63,207 nt of DNA, filler included, from Choristocarpus tenellus KU-1152 (GCA_964200185.2; 14 parts of 14 records of this genome joined end to end with filler, not necessarily neighbours in it); one strand, 5' to 3'; positions 1 to 13,534 are shown, counted from the whole stretch's first letter. The notes: generated by a model not told the origin, from the letters alone. A program made the numbers and translations.

Positions 1-879
1 GCCTATCCCCTCCTCCCCCCCCCCTAACCTTGTCAAATGCCAACTTCCCATGTATTCAATATCACGACATAGTAGTGTTGACTCACACCATTCGCCAAGG
101 AAGAAGAAATACACACCAAATGTGTGTTGTGCCAGTCAAGACAGGGCAGGGCGGCCCCAAGCACACCCGACAAGTCTGCAAGAAGAATCCATCAAAACTA
201 CAAACCCATCGAACTTAACTATTTGCAAAACACTCCACAGGCGAGAGGTTAACCCCCCCCAACCAAACTACGCCGCATGGGAGTTCCACCGGCGTGTGAA
301 AAAGCCTGTTGAAACCGTAAATTAATAAATTAAAATATTTTTAATACTGATTATGTACATTTGTCGCATTGTTGATTTGTCTTCACTCAATGCCCGACTT
401 AATTCTGAGTACATTCCTGGACCTCTACGACTGATGCAACAGATAACAATAATATTAAATAAAATGATACACTATGTTGCACCTGGTTCGTGATGATGGT
501 GGTCGCGCCAATGGATGCATCTTGGCTGTGGCTGGTGCAGAAAACCTTGAACTAGAGTAGTTGGGGTAGGATCAGGGGGAGGGGGTGGGGGTGGGGGGGT
601 TGCTACTGTTTGTGAGTTTGATCAGTCAAAGTCAATTTTCTTGCAATGATCTGACCATTTCAACTGTGGCACAAGATGATTTTGTACGACGATACAGAGC
701 TCCTGCTGAGCAGGGGAAGACGTGATAAGGGCTGAATCAGTGTTCAATTTGGGGTTAATGAAAAACATATACTTAGAACCCCCACCCTCCCCCATCTACA
801 GCAGTACAAATATGGGCTATCATCTCTGTATAATTTTACCCAGACCTTTGTGAGCCAAAGAGTAACACAATAGCACTCT

Positions 880-1160
880 CTCTGCTAATTCCACACAAGT
901 TCATGTTCTGGTCTCATAATGGACAGTGTAGTCAAATCCAATATGCCCAAAACTTGTGCAGAACAGGTGTGGGCAACGAGTTGTGCCCAGCCTGAATAAC
1001 AACCTTGTGGTTGATCGTACCATAGGTCCACATGCAGGATGAATACGACAAGCCCTGGCCTTGAACATTCTCTACTTTCTGTTGTTGAAGTTCACCGAAA
1101 CAGCCCTCTTCCAAGACAAGAGTTCCTGGATTACCCAACTGACTCATCATCTTAACCAGA
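880..1160 (-). mobile_element. Probable LINE (RTE-like) reverse transcriptase C-terminal relic
   Basis: Frameshifted fragments RMFKA...IQAGHNSL...LGI resemble the region after RT in RTE-clade LINEs. Heavily decayed. Confidence 0.3.
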
Positions 1161-4100
1161 AGCTAGCACAAAACAATTTTTTTTCTGGTTCTGTTGAATA
1201 GAATCAGGTAGGAACAAAACGGGTACAAATTGAATCCTTCATAGAACAAGTTGTGGAAGTGCACCTTACCACACACTAGATTTATCCTTATTCTATGCCC
1301 ACTGTGGCCACAATATATGAAAATTCATAAATCGAAACATTTTGATATTGCCTGAGAGTCAAAGACAGCACATGGCTTCCCTGCTGGGTCCAGTACCGTC
1401 GCCCTGTTGCTTTGTCCATGCTCTCACTTTTGCATTCTACTCACTGTCGCTCCGCTCACCTCTCATCTCTCACCTCTTCCTTGGAGACTTTCTGGCCAAG
1501 GGGCATCGTGACTGACGCTGCCAGTCGATACAAAGAAGGGGGAAAACGAGCGCAGGGCGAAAGATAGGATTGAACGGATTTGTGATACGCTTATCGGATG
1601 TTCGATAGAGCAATCTAATAATTTGAAGGCATCGATGGACATGCGTACAAATGAATCAATCATTTTGAATGGTTTTACTGGGACTTGCAAAACACCACAC
1701 ACCTATTGGGTTGGGGTAGGTCATGGATGAACCCATGCGCATCAACGTTCTTCGTCATTGCAACCTTTAAGTTATAGCTTCTGCTGTGACCGCTACCTTT
1801 TTTCCAGGTACGTGTACGTTCAAATTCCGACTCCGTTCTACAAGGGTAAGGCCAAAAGAGAGATTTCAAGCTGCCTCTTTGATCTTCAACTGTTGCCCAT
1901 GGCCAAACCTAGGGAATGTTTGTTTGCGAGAGACTTTCAATCCCTTCCTTCGTCCTACACCATTTTATGAGTGCATCCACTTACCTTTGTCTGACAATGT
2001 TGACATCTCACAGTCTCCACCACCTGGGCGAAAGGGGTCAAAGAGGTGAGAGGGAAGGGTCACTCTGGAACGACCTATAGAGTCAGAGAAGCTGGCCATG
2101 TTCCCCATACAGACCTATTAGAAAACCTCATGTTTGGACTCATTTCAACTACCATTGTTTGAAAGCTTCGGGAATATCTTTTCCCTCTAACCTAACAATA
2201 CTGTACATCACCTATAATCTCACCGTTGGACAAGTCTGCGACCAAATTGTCCCATAATCTAGCATGCTTTCTGGAAGGTTTCCCCTGTACCGCGAAGAAC
2301 GAGTACAGGCAAACGGGTTGGTTGTTGTCTTTCAAAGCATATATGGCCATCGAACTAGAAAGAATTGGGTAATCGCAGCAGATTACTGTTAGAGACTGTA
2401 GAATAGAGAGGATATGGGGAGGGGGGAAAAATAATGTTTGGACCAAGTAAGAGCTGGATGATCCTTTTTGGATAATTTCGTGTGTGATGAGAGGATGTGG
2501 TGAAGTCGGACGGGATTCTTGATCAATGCACTCACCGATAATGAAAAACTTTCGATACCCACGGCGAGAACAACGAAAACTACAAGGGAAAATACCCGCA
2601 TTGGTGTTGAGGATATCGCCATCGTTATCGACTCATCTTGTTTCCACCTTCAAAACAAAGTGTTAATGTTAGATGTAAACAAGAAAGGAAACCTGGGGTT
2701 TCTACACCAATGATCCCGGACTATCAGCGATATAACCTTACATCATTATACCGTTCTTGTATGCTAGGTTGAAGGTTGCCCTTTTAGAGTTGAAATTGGA
2801 GAGTACGAAAGAGAGGAAGGGAAGGACCGGTGTCTGCCCAACACGTTGAGTGATTGTCGCGGTGCGCTACTGGTAAATCGAATAAATCTCTCCTTGCACA
2901 TCTTATATCTTGAAAACCTGGGGAGAGAACTCCAAGCAGAGGTGGGTGTGAGTTTTTGAATCATACTCAGAATGTACGTAGCACTTTGGAAAAGGTCATC
3001 TAACCCCCCCTCCCATCCCCTGCTGTCGAAAACAGACTTTTTTCATCATAATCTGGGACCAAGAAGAAGTCGGAGAGGTGTTATGGGTTCTACAGGCAGT
3101 ACTTCCCAGGTTGACACCTCTTCAGAGGAGGTGGAACAGTTCGAACCAACGAAGCTTCTCAGTGTGAAGGTTAGACAGTTGAGGTCTAGTTAGTACGATT
3201 CAAAGGTGGTGGATGCTTTTAGTGCTTTGTTCGGGGCAAAGATGTCTCGAATATCGGAGATGCACCCTTCACTCGCATCCCCACGTTATAATTGATACAT
3301 CACGCCAGGATTCCCAACACCTCTCCATGTTGGCTATATACTGTGGACCTCTTTGCAAGGGAGACTCAAAACCTCGTGTGTTCTAGTCGACTCCAGATCG
3401 GTAGGACTAGGTTGCACTTTTCGGAATTCCTAGAGATAGGGAGCGACCATACCCTGTTTACTGACGAGCATCTGGGGTTTGATACAATAGACCTACTCCC
3501 CTTCAAGACCTCTTCGACCGAATATATTACATCACATTAGCTATTTCAGTTCGTCCAAATAATGCGCACCTTGGGGTGTTCTGGCCGCCTTAGTCGTCCT
3601 GGAATGGAATTGTATAACCTTGTGTACGCAAGATAGTTGATGTTAGTAGCAAGGACCCCTCCTTCAATCAACTTCATTTCCTCCTAGTTCATCCAAAGGC
3701 CTCTTTGTTGTGCCTAGTGAGGAATATCTGACACATGATCAAACAGCCATTTTTTTTTGCCTATCCCCGCCCCCCTCTGGGTTCTGCACTTGTGGTATAA
3801 CTCTGGGCAGGACACTATTCTCGTGGATATGCTTAACGGGCAGGACCATAAAAACGTGTGCTGGTGTGTAACTGACCCTGAGGTACGCTCGTTTTTCTGT
3901 TGAGAGGTTTTGGAGCAGTGTTGCTGTTGTAATCTTGTGACTCTCCTTCCAGTGCATTATGCCAAGATGCAGTGCCTAGTTGGAATAATCTCTGGTGGTC
4001 AAAGCAATAGGAGGTTGAACTTGGTTGTAGGTCTGTGTGTGGCCAAGAGAGGACGCATCCATTGGGTTACGTTCAGGAGCTGTTGAATATGATGGCTGCT

Positions 4101-5348
4101 CTATATCTGGGGGCATATTGCTGCGATGTCCTACTGCTGTAGTTTGATACAATTGGATTTTCTTGGATTTTTCCATGTGGTGAAGTGGTTGTTTGTGTCA
4201 AATCAGAGTGGCAAGAAGGAGCACCTGTACCCTTCCGCAATGAATCAATTCCTCTTGGTGATCAAGCAAGAGTTTGAAGTGAACGGACAGGCTTGAATTC
4301 TGCTACATTTTGTAGTGGTAAGATGCATAGTGAATAACATACAGAAAATAGGAGATGAAGTATCAAAACATTTTGTTCACTCCTCTCAACAGTCGCTCTA
4401 GACTGCTCACCTGTACAGTTATGGGTGGGCTTTATTGGTTTGTCTTAATTCAGGTAGGAAAATCATTGCCCACTAGTTTTTTTCAGTTGTATTTCCTGCT
4501 TTCTGCTTTCTGTTGTCATTGGAGGAGGTGTTTGCACTGCTTGTGTTTGCACTATAGGGTTAGGGTTATAGGGTATATGTATTTCACATTACTGTTTCAG
4601 GGTAACTACTACTCTTGCATGGTATGGTAGCGGAAGTCAGCATTTAGTTCCAACTTTGGAATGTTTCTAAAACTATGGCCTTGGAGGCCAATACAAGGCA
4701 GCAAGTGCTATGCAGTGTAGTGGTGGATTCGCCCGTGGATGGTTGATGGGGTTGTATTCTGAGGATTGGTTGAGGGTGAAAGTGACAGTACATTTTATTG
4801 GATGTGCACAACCGAGGTAAGTATTATTGCAGATGGGTTGATTGGACTGCTCACTCTCTCCACTGCAATTGGATACTTGAGCAGGAAAGGAGGAATACCT
4901 CACCTCCATGTAGCCCGGAAGACTCCACTTTGGTGCAGGAAGACTAATCAGAACCACTGTGGATTTTGGATACCTTGTCACGGCTAAATCTTGACCAATA
5001 CCACAATTAATTTTTGTTTCCAGAGGAGAGAGAGAGAGAGAGAGAGAGAGTAGACTGCCCGCCCTGCACTAATGTCTCCGTAGGCGTATTTGAGAGGAGT
5101 TGACGGGCGTTGTCAAACCATTTTTTACATTCCTGAGGTGTCCTGTAGGGTGGTGGCGAGGGGGCCTCAATGCATGGAATTTGACACGACAAACACGTGT
5201 TGTCATTTCACACCAGTAGAACAACCTCTGTGCAACACAGAGCCAACGAAATGGCTTTTGCTGTGTGTCCGCAAAATAGTACCTGTTTTTTTTTTTTCAT
5301 GTCTTGGGAGTCCTTTTTGGCAGCAGGGGTATCGTTGTAGCTACCAAT

Positions 5349-5448
5349 NNNNNNNNNNNNNNNNNNNNNNNNNNNNNNNNNNNNNNNNNNNNTTAATTAA
5401 TTAANNNNNNNNNNNNNNNNNNNNNNNNNNNNNNNNNNNNNNNNNNNN
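5349..5448. other. Artificial contig linker N44-TTAATTAATTAA-N44 (also 9657-9756, 15310-15409, 18319-18418, 21787-21886, 24888-24987, 28040-28139, 31219-31318, 35654-35753, 41284-41383, 52434-52533, 55941-56040, 59956-60055)
   Basis: An identical 100-bp spacer with stop codons in all six frames occurs 13 times. Confidence 0.99.
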
Positions 5449-7780
5449 CCAGTCAATTTTGGGTCAAGCCCATCCTCAATGAAAAGCTCCATCCGCAATT
5501 TTTGAAATCGGCTGTTCTAATCCGAAATATTTTGGACTAGGAAAATGTCATAAAAAACTCCAAGGGAAGTCAAGCTCCAAATGGACAAACAGGGCAAAAC
5601 TCATACCCTCTAAGATACTTTGACTCTTGTAGTTTATATATATTAATTTATTATGACTAACCAGGGAGTCAGACATATCATCCACAAGAAGAAAGTAAAA
5701 TGTTGAACTCTACTTTCCAAGTATTCAAACACGCCACTACCCTCCTTCTATTTACCAAACCAGAAAATGCTCGTAACTCAAAGCAAAATATCTTCCTTAC
5801 CTGTCCCCACCTCAAAATCTATTTACGTTCCTCCCCAATCAAACCAGATCCAACGCCCAATACATTTGGCACCACCACAAGCCACACCAGCCAGGGTGTA
5901 CAGTGTATGGTGCTCCCCTTGGGTTTTCATCTTCTGAAATCGAGGTGCATACAACGTATGATCGCGACACATTCAGCATGAAAATCAGCAACTGTCAAGA
6001 AAAAAAAGAGCACAGCAAAAAGACCCCCTCCCCCCCCCGCCTCATTACTCTGGACATTACACGGATCACAAAAAGCACATCGCCACCCCACAACTTCTTT
6101 CTCGTCCCAGCAGAAGATGCCAAAAAACGAGAACTGCGTATGACACACCCGGCCACCAACATGGGCCACAAACAACCACTAACCCTCTTCCCCACTAAGA
6201 AACTTCCAATGATGAGCAACAAGGGTAATGATAACTAGGCTTACAAACAAGTCCCCAAACTATTCTCCTTGCAGACAGCAAACGGACATGGCTCCTGCTG
6301 TGAGATTCCGTGTGTGCTACTCAAAGAATGGTTCCCCGTTCCCCCACTCAAACTCTTTTAGCCATCCTGGTTTCCTGTCAACATCAGTGTCACCCTCCAC
6401 CTTCATCTCTCCTTGCTTGTAGTTTCCTACACCCCTTCATTGGACAGCAAGTGTGCTGTTTGTTATCTACATCACTCATCTTGGGGAGAGGACTCTACAC
6501 CTTAGGTATAACCCTACTGATGGTGCAGGTTCCCTCAACGCACGAACTTCTCCAACCTTCTTTCACTCTCGTTGCATGCCTGAAATGGCAAGGCCAGCAC
6601 CTATGATCATGCCCTTGAATGTGATACTAGCACAAGGCCAGATAATCGCGAAGGGTAGGGGTAGTACTAGCTGGCTTGCCTCGCTTGTGAGTGAACATGC
6701 TGTGTGGCTAATTGACAGCAGGTGTACAAATGTCAATAACCAACAAAAAGGAGGGAAAACAGATAGCTCTCACCATCAAATCCTCTTTTCACAGACAAGC
6801 AAAAAAATACCTCCCCTCGCTCCCCCCCCCCCCCCCCCCCCCCAAAAAAAACATCTTTTCTTTCCTAAATCACGGCCACTTCTGTCCACACAAATATGTA
6901 CAAANNNNNNNNNNAGATAGCTCTCCCCACCAAAACCCCTTTTCACCAAAAAGCAAAAAAATCCCCCCCCCCCCCCCCCCCCCCCCCCCATGGATACATA
7001 CATTTCTTGATATGTGTAAGAATTGGACTTTCTGTTGACGAATATGATGGTAACAGATCACAGTCGACCATCCTCCACACATGTACCTCTGAGGAAGCAC
7101 ACAACAACATCAATCCCTACACCTGGTCCTTCCAGGCAAGGACAAATTCACCGCCAATGCACCTACAATAGGGATGAAATATGTGAAAGACTTTCAGAGA
7201 CCCTTTCATTAAAATCAACCTTTCAAATCACATTTCACCCTTGCAGGACAATACACGCAAAATGGTCTTGTCTTCAAGTCACATTCAAGCAAGTACTAAA
7301 AAGGTTCACAAAAAGGCACTTGTGGCAGGTGTTCCCCACCCCCCCCCAAATTATCATTCAAAAGAAGTCACCACTGCACAGGTCACAAGGTCCAATTGAC
7401 CCTGGGATATAATATCGATTACACAACACACCAAAGTGAGAGCACTTGTACTAACATGATAACCGAATTTACTGCTACACGGCAACAACATGATTGCACC
7501 CTTACAGGACACAAGGATCATTTTACTGAAATTGTGTCTTCTTACTTCACCTCGAGACAGGCATATCAACCCCCAGAAAAACAAGCAAAGCCTCCTGACT
7601 CAAAAAACCAGGAACAGGCGATACCTGGCAGACAGGCAACAGATAGGCAACTCCTTCTCATTGATCCCTTTCTTTGTTCATCGAACTGCAATTGTTTAGA
7701 CCACTGCAGTTCTATTCTGAACGGTTCATTGCAATGAGATGTGCAAAGGCTTGATTTCAACCTGCTCTATTGGGGGGAAT

Positions 7781-9090
7781 CTACACAACCACAGCCTGCT
7801 CTTCCTCAGCACTTTCCTCCCAACGCTCGGGGTCCTCGTATGCTGCCCCTGCTCCACCCCCCTTTGCCCCACTCCCCTTGGCCTCTCTCTTGGTGGATCT
7901 CTTGGCTTGCAGTTGCTGTTGCTTTTGCTGTTCAAGGAAACGCTCCAAGGTCATATCCCCATCTAGAATGGACACACTGGATTGGTGGAGGCGTTTTGCA
8001 TACAAGACAAATGGACAATGGTTGAAGAAGAAATTGGTGGGGTTACGCACAATACTAGGTATACATACTCTGGAGTAGTAATACTATGCAATATTACTTA
8101 CACTTGTGGACAAAAAGTTAAGAACAATTCCCAGGATGCAGTATGCGGTACTATCCACATTAAGAAAAATCGGTGGGTTCACAAAGGGTGTAGGAGTGAG
8201 GAACAACTTCAACCAAAGGAATGGGGGTTCTTATCCATTTTTTCAGAAAATCGGTGGAGCTAAAGTTGTCCAGATCATATTTGCTGCAAGAATGGATATG
8301 AAGTACTGTGATCAGAGATACATGGCATTTTTCAATGGTTAAAAAAAAGATGAGAATGCATTATGCAACCACATATAAATAGATAATATATACATAAATA
8401 CATACACACATAATACAAATATAGATACATGCCTGGATATCAAGTGCTTCCAAATTGAACACTGCTAATGCAGATTAATATATTATATTAAACGCATCAC
8501 ATGTCTAGCATTGCATGCATGTATGTATGTATGTATGTATGTATGTATGTATGTATGTATGTATGTATGTATGTACAGGTGGATTGACCAACCTTACACT
8601 GAAGACTCTAGACAACCTGTTGAAAATAGTCTTACCATTTTTCTTTTTAAAATCTGACTGCAAAAAGTCCAACCCTAACCCTAATGCATGTTCAACCAAT
8701 ACGATGTACTCGCTATCCACCTCACCCAATAAAACAAGGATACAGTTACAATGATAACAACCAATCATATTATTACAAAAAAGCAAGGAGAGACAATTCC
8801 CAAACCCAACAAACACTACTACACTACTACACCATCACATACCTGTGAACACTAAAGACCACAGGGGTATACACACACACCATCATTGACCTCAACTGCC
8901 ATACCATGCATCGCATTCACTCTCATCCCCATTAGGGTTAAGGTTAGGGTTAGAATTAGCGTTAGGGTTATCGACACTCTCTGGGGTCTAAAAATCTCTT
9001 GTAAGGCAGTCAGCCTTCATGCCATCAGCTCTCACCCGGAACCCTTAGTCACAGCGGTTTCATCAACGTAGATGGCATTAATGGAAGGAT
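7781..9090 (-). CDS. clpX: Last two exons of a probable mitochondrial ATP-dependent Clp protease ATP-binding subunit ClpX
   Basis: Exons 9090-9036 and 7976-7781 join in phase (GG|T) to give (D)[39 protein letters not shown]...AVVV*. This resembles the eukaryotic ClpX C-terminus (AVxVDEEAV...ILxGDxxLERYL). The ATPase domain is not in this contig. Confidence 0.6.
8519..8575. repeat. (ATGT)n microsatellite
   Basis: Read directly from the sequence. Confidence 0.95.
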
Positions 9091-9440
9091 CTGGCAATAT
9101 ATACATGGCCTTTTTGGAGAGAAGGAAAGGCGTGGGGGAGGGGATGGGAGAGGGGCAAGTCATGTCAAATGGCAGCAAAGTGATTATGAAGGCCTGTACT
9201 AAGCACTGTTTGAAGCCTTGAAGGTGCCTCCTGAGGTGACTTGGTACAAGAGAAAAAGAAGGTCAGAACACACTCTCTGCATACCCATTCCCATTGACAC
9301 TGGGAACACTGCACTGTTCACTTGAGCACAAAACAACAAAATCCTGACCCTGGCATCTTTCCTCAAAGAAAAAGCATCACTACAACTAACCCTACAATAA
9401 TGAAAAAGATGATGTTGTGCTAAAGAAATAAAAACACAAA

Positions 9441-9624
9441 GGCTCAACGTATCTGGGTGTGTGTGTGTGTGGCGGCTGTCCATTTGGGGTCAATTTTTTC
9501 ATGTGGCTATTTTTGTGTGATTTTGTTACATATGTCTGATGGACAACGTAAATGCACTTTTCCTGATTTTGGTCCAAATCGACACCCTGGTGTAGATTCC
9601 CCCCCCCCCCAGATACTTTGGGTC
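9441..9624 (+). mobile_element. MITE family B (~180 bp, poly-G/poly-C subterminal tracts)
   Basis: GGCTCAACGTATCTGGG...CCCCAGATACTTTGGGTC with internal GCTGTCCATTTGGGGTC and GACACCCTGGTGTAGA. Other copies or partials are at 18165-18318, 23105-23459, 25030-25111, 52390-52433 and ~56770-56880. Confidence 0.85.
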
Positions 9625-9787
9625 AAGCAAAAGGTAATAATAATAATAATAAACAANNNNNNNNNNNNNNNNNNNNNNNNNNNNNNNNNNNNNNNNNNNN
9701 TTAATTAATTAANNNNNNNNNNNNNNNNNNNNNNNNNNNNNNNNNNNNNNNNNNNNCCCCTCCCCCCCAAATACACCTCTACCCCCT

Positions 9788-9818
<31 letters not shown>

Positions 9819-9904
9819 ATAGATTATTTCCCTCAACCCTACCTCCCGTACAAGATTACAACTTCATCAACACTAACAATTTCAACAACACTAAGGGAGG
9901 TTAC

Positions 9905-12900
9905 CTGCCGCGTCTCAGGATTGAGGAGCATGGCTGGGGCAGTTTCCACCACCTTCTGATGCCTTCGCTGCACACTGCAATCACGGTCGTATAGGTGGAC
10001 AATGTCACCTGTTAAAAATACAACACAAAAAAGCCATTTTCATTAGTTGGTCGCGTACAGAGAGGTCAAAATTGAAAAATCATTCAACATATTATTGTAG
10101 GGTTTGGGGTCAGAGAGATGGTGCTACAACATGATGTGAGGTCGCACAACATGAGACCAACAGAACTATGTGAAGAGTACATAGTACTTTCTCTGTGCAG
10201 CATCAATTGAAACTATTTGTGGCGGAGAAGGCTACATGTGGAAAAGGTGATAATAACTGACCTCTTACGTACTTTTGTGAGCATCTTGCAAAGTCTAATG
10301 TGAGTTTCTGCTAGAATCTCAGCAAAATCTGACACAGTGGTCTCTAGCTAATTTACAACTACCCCCAGCTAAGTGATAAGAAACGCCTTCCCAGTGCGAA
10401 ATTTTTCTGTTCCACAAAGCATTAACCAATGAGAACTTGAGAAAGAACAAATATTAGTTTTTAAGTTGAAATGAAATAAAAAATATTAATAGCAATAAAT
10501 AGTAAGAATTAACAGTGATAACAGAGAGGATGCAGATGTTGAGGTTAGAATAGGAGGTCAACATAAAGCCAGCCTGAAAAATGTTTGCCGCAATCGTTCA
10601 CATTAATTATTAATAGCAACAAAAAATATACCCAAAGATTGAAACCAATCCCTATCTTTTCGCATCAACATTTATTCCTAACATGAAAATGCACATCTCA
10701 CCTGTCCCGTCTCCCAGGATCTGCACCTCGATGTGCCTAGGGTCTTTGACATACCTCTCAATAAAGATGGAGCCATCACCAAATGCTGCTAGAGCCTGAT
10801 CAAAAAGTGAGAGGTTACTGGATTAGAGCTAAAGGTTATCCATCCACAGCTCAGAAGAAGAGGTCACAGTGTGGGACACCATACTCAAACAGGAAGTCGG
10901 AACAGGGTTGAGGGTTAGTCAGGGTCTCAGAGAGAACGATAGTAATAGATTAATCCTTTAAGGATGCGAATGGGGTGGGCGAGCAGGGGGAACGACACAA
11001 CCAAGACAGACATACCTCTGAACTGGCGAGCTTGACATTCTCTTCCAAATCTTCACTTCTTGTCACAACACGCATTCCCTTGCCTCCACCCCCCATGGCA
11101 GCCTTGATGATGACTGGGTACCTGACCAAAAACCACAACAAAAGCCAGCACACGCATGGACAACAACACCCAGGGAGAGAGGTGGGGTAGAGGAGTGGAG
11201 TGGAGGCAGAAGGCGTTACTGTTAATCAATTCACATATCTAAGATTGTATTTACCATCATTTGTTTGAGAACAACTACATAACCTCTTGGAAGAGGTGCA
11301 CATAGTTGAAGTACTCCTCACCCGACACCCCCCTCCTCGATGAAATCACGAGCCTGTTCCACCGTAGTTACGGGACCATCAGTTCCTGGCACCACAGGAA
11401 CACCAACCTTGATGGCCATCTCTCTTGCAGAAGTCTTGTCACCTAGAAAATTAAAAAGGCAAAAGCGTGGGTGTAATATGTGGGGAACAATGTGATGTGG
11501 TAGCAGACAGTGGTTTAATTCAAATTTGGTGGTACTATGGTACTATGGAGGGGGTGAGTGGTGTGGGGGAGGGGGAGGGGGGGGAGGGCTGCGCCTGAAG
11601 AAAAGGAGCATCAAAAACAGAACAGGGTGTTGTGGAAGTTGTGGAATGAAGGGAGTGTGTGCTGAGAAGTGAGGTGGGTTTGTAACTCTATTGCTTAAGA
11701 TCCTGTACATGCGAGGAAGTAAAGCTTTAAACTTCTCTTGGGAGGCACTGACACATCAACATTTGCAAACTATAATAGGAAAGCAGTTGAGCAGAACAAA
11801 TTTCCTTGCAAATTCCAGCCTACAAGTACGAAAAGAGTGGGGACGAGAGTACTTCAAGATGTGTTTATAGTATATTGTGACTCTACATGTTTTCACATGC
11901 ACACATAGCTCCTCACCAAACATCTGCAGGTTCTCTGGAGTGGGTCCAACAAAGGTTACACCATGGTCTTTGCAGGCCTGAGCAAAATCAGTCCTCTCAG
12001 ATAGGAAACCATAACCCGGGTGGATGGCATCTACCTTGTTGGCCACAGCTACAGAAACTATGCCCTGAAGGTATTGTCAGAATGGCATAGTAAGCATCAT
12101 GGTGAACGGCACACGGTGCAAATGATGGAAACAGGGAGGAAAAGTCGGAAAATTAGGGACATGTTCAGTATCTTTTACACTGTGCATCTGTGCACAGAAA
12201 AAAGGGGTATGCAAGGAGAGGGGGATCAGCATAGAGGTTATATTGAGCGTTGGCAAATGTGTGTGGGGGGGGGGGCTTGTTTTCCTGAAANNNNNNNNNA
12301 AAAAAAAGAGGGGGGAAGGGGGGAGAGGGGATAGAGCATGTGGTTTTTTGTGGGTGGTGGGGGGGGGGGGGGGGGGGGGGGGGCTTGTTTTCCTGAAAAA
12401 AAAAGAGCATCAGATAAGGATGCAATATACAGAATAAGTCGTGGCCTGTACAAGTATACTAAGCATATACTGTGAACAGTATCCATGTGTGATACGACGG
12501 CATTTTTGATGCGTAAGACTGCAGCAGTGCATGAGAGACAACCAACTACACTGCAATGGCTTTTGAACAATACAAAGAGGTGGACACAAAAGGATAGGAC
12601 AGAGATGTGAGCGGTTGCTCAGGGGTTGGGGTGGGGGGTTGCTACTTTCAAGGATGAGTGAAAATCGAGCTCACATGCACATCAAGGTAGGCCCCGACTG
12701 GACTTTGACCCTGGCCCACCAAGAAGGCCTGGTCAGCCTTGTACCTGCCAGGGTTTGCTCAGGTCAGCCTATCGTGTCATTCGAGAATTGACGGTGTTTG
12801 GCAAGCGGACCTAAACTACACTGGCTGGGGTGTTAACTGGTAAGGGGTGAATTGAAGTGAGGAGGTTACAGCGAGAACACTAACATCGCAAGTGCTCCTT

Positions 12901-13534
12901 TTCTACCCATCATCACAAAGATGATCCGATGACGTTGCACGGTCTCTACAATAGACAGGTTGTACTGTAGGTTCCAGAGGCGTTTAAGCGGAAGCTAGTA
13001 CGGTAGAAAAAATATCTTCAAGAATCCAAGCAACAAAATCAAATAAGGTAAGAGTCTGGAATCGGTTCTACGTATAGCAAACAAGCAAAATAGTAAGCCA
13101 GGTCATCTAAATCAATTGAATTGGAGTATTGACTCATGAAGTAGGCTTCTCCACAAGGTTAATCACCTTAGTGCAAGCGCACAGATATTTCCGCTTCTGG
13201 AGAGGGTAGCACTAATAATGAGGTGATGCAGTAATTGCGGAATGATGATAACTCAGCCCGACATGCACATGTTGCGACAATTGACTTACCTGTGCTGAGT
13301 AAACCTATCCTCCTTGCTGAAAATTCCGCACGTCCTTAGACCGAGTTCGTTTCCTGCTCGCATGATGCGTACCGCAATCTCGCCTCTGTTGGCCGCCATG
13401 AGGCTCTTGAATGGAACCTCGAACGCACTTGCAGGCCCCTTGGAGATAGAGAGAGACCGGGCGCCTCCACTTGGCAGGCGCCGTAGCAAACGACTGCCTG
13501 GCGACATGAAGCCCGCTGCACGGACTTGCATCAT
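9905..13534 (-). CDS. PYC: Pyruvate carboxylase, 5' part (biotin carboxylase domain), 7 exons, truncated by contig end; probable mitochondrial transit peptide
   Basis: Exons 13534-13290, 12744-12675, 12064-11917, 11442-11322, 11121-11016, 10795-10702 and 10008-9905. All are GT-AG with consistent phases. The spliced product reads ...[24 protein letters not shown]...HRYKADQAF...AYLD...[11 protein letters not shown]...GDKTSAR...PVVPGT...[20 protein letters not shown]...[60 protein letters not shown] and [14 protein letters not shown] are typical of pyruvate carboxylase. The N-terminal leader is Arg/Ser-rich and lacks acidic residues. Confidence 0.95.

Noticed and set aside
6761-7010. Local duplication around an N10 gap (similar case at 12265-12400)
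   Set aside because: Low-quality overlapping read ends beside poly-C/G runs; most likely an assembly artefact.
7781-13534. ClpX and pyruvate carboxylase as a mitochondrial gene cluster or one gene
   Set aside because: An artificial linker (9657-9756) separates them, so linkage is unsupported.
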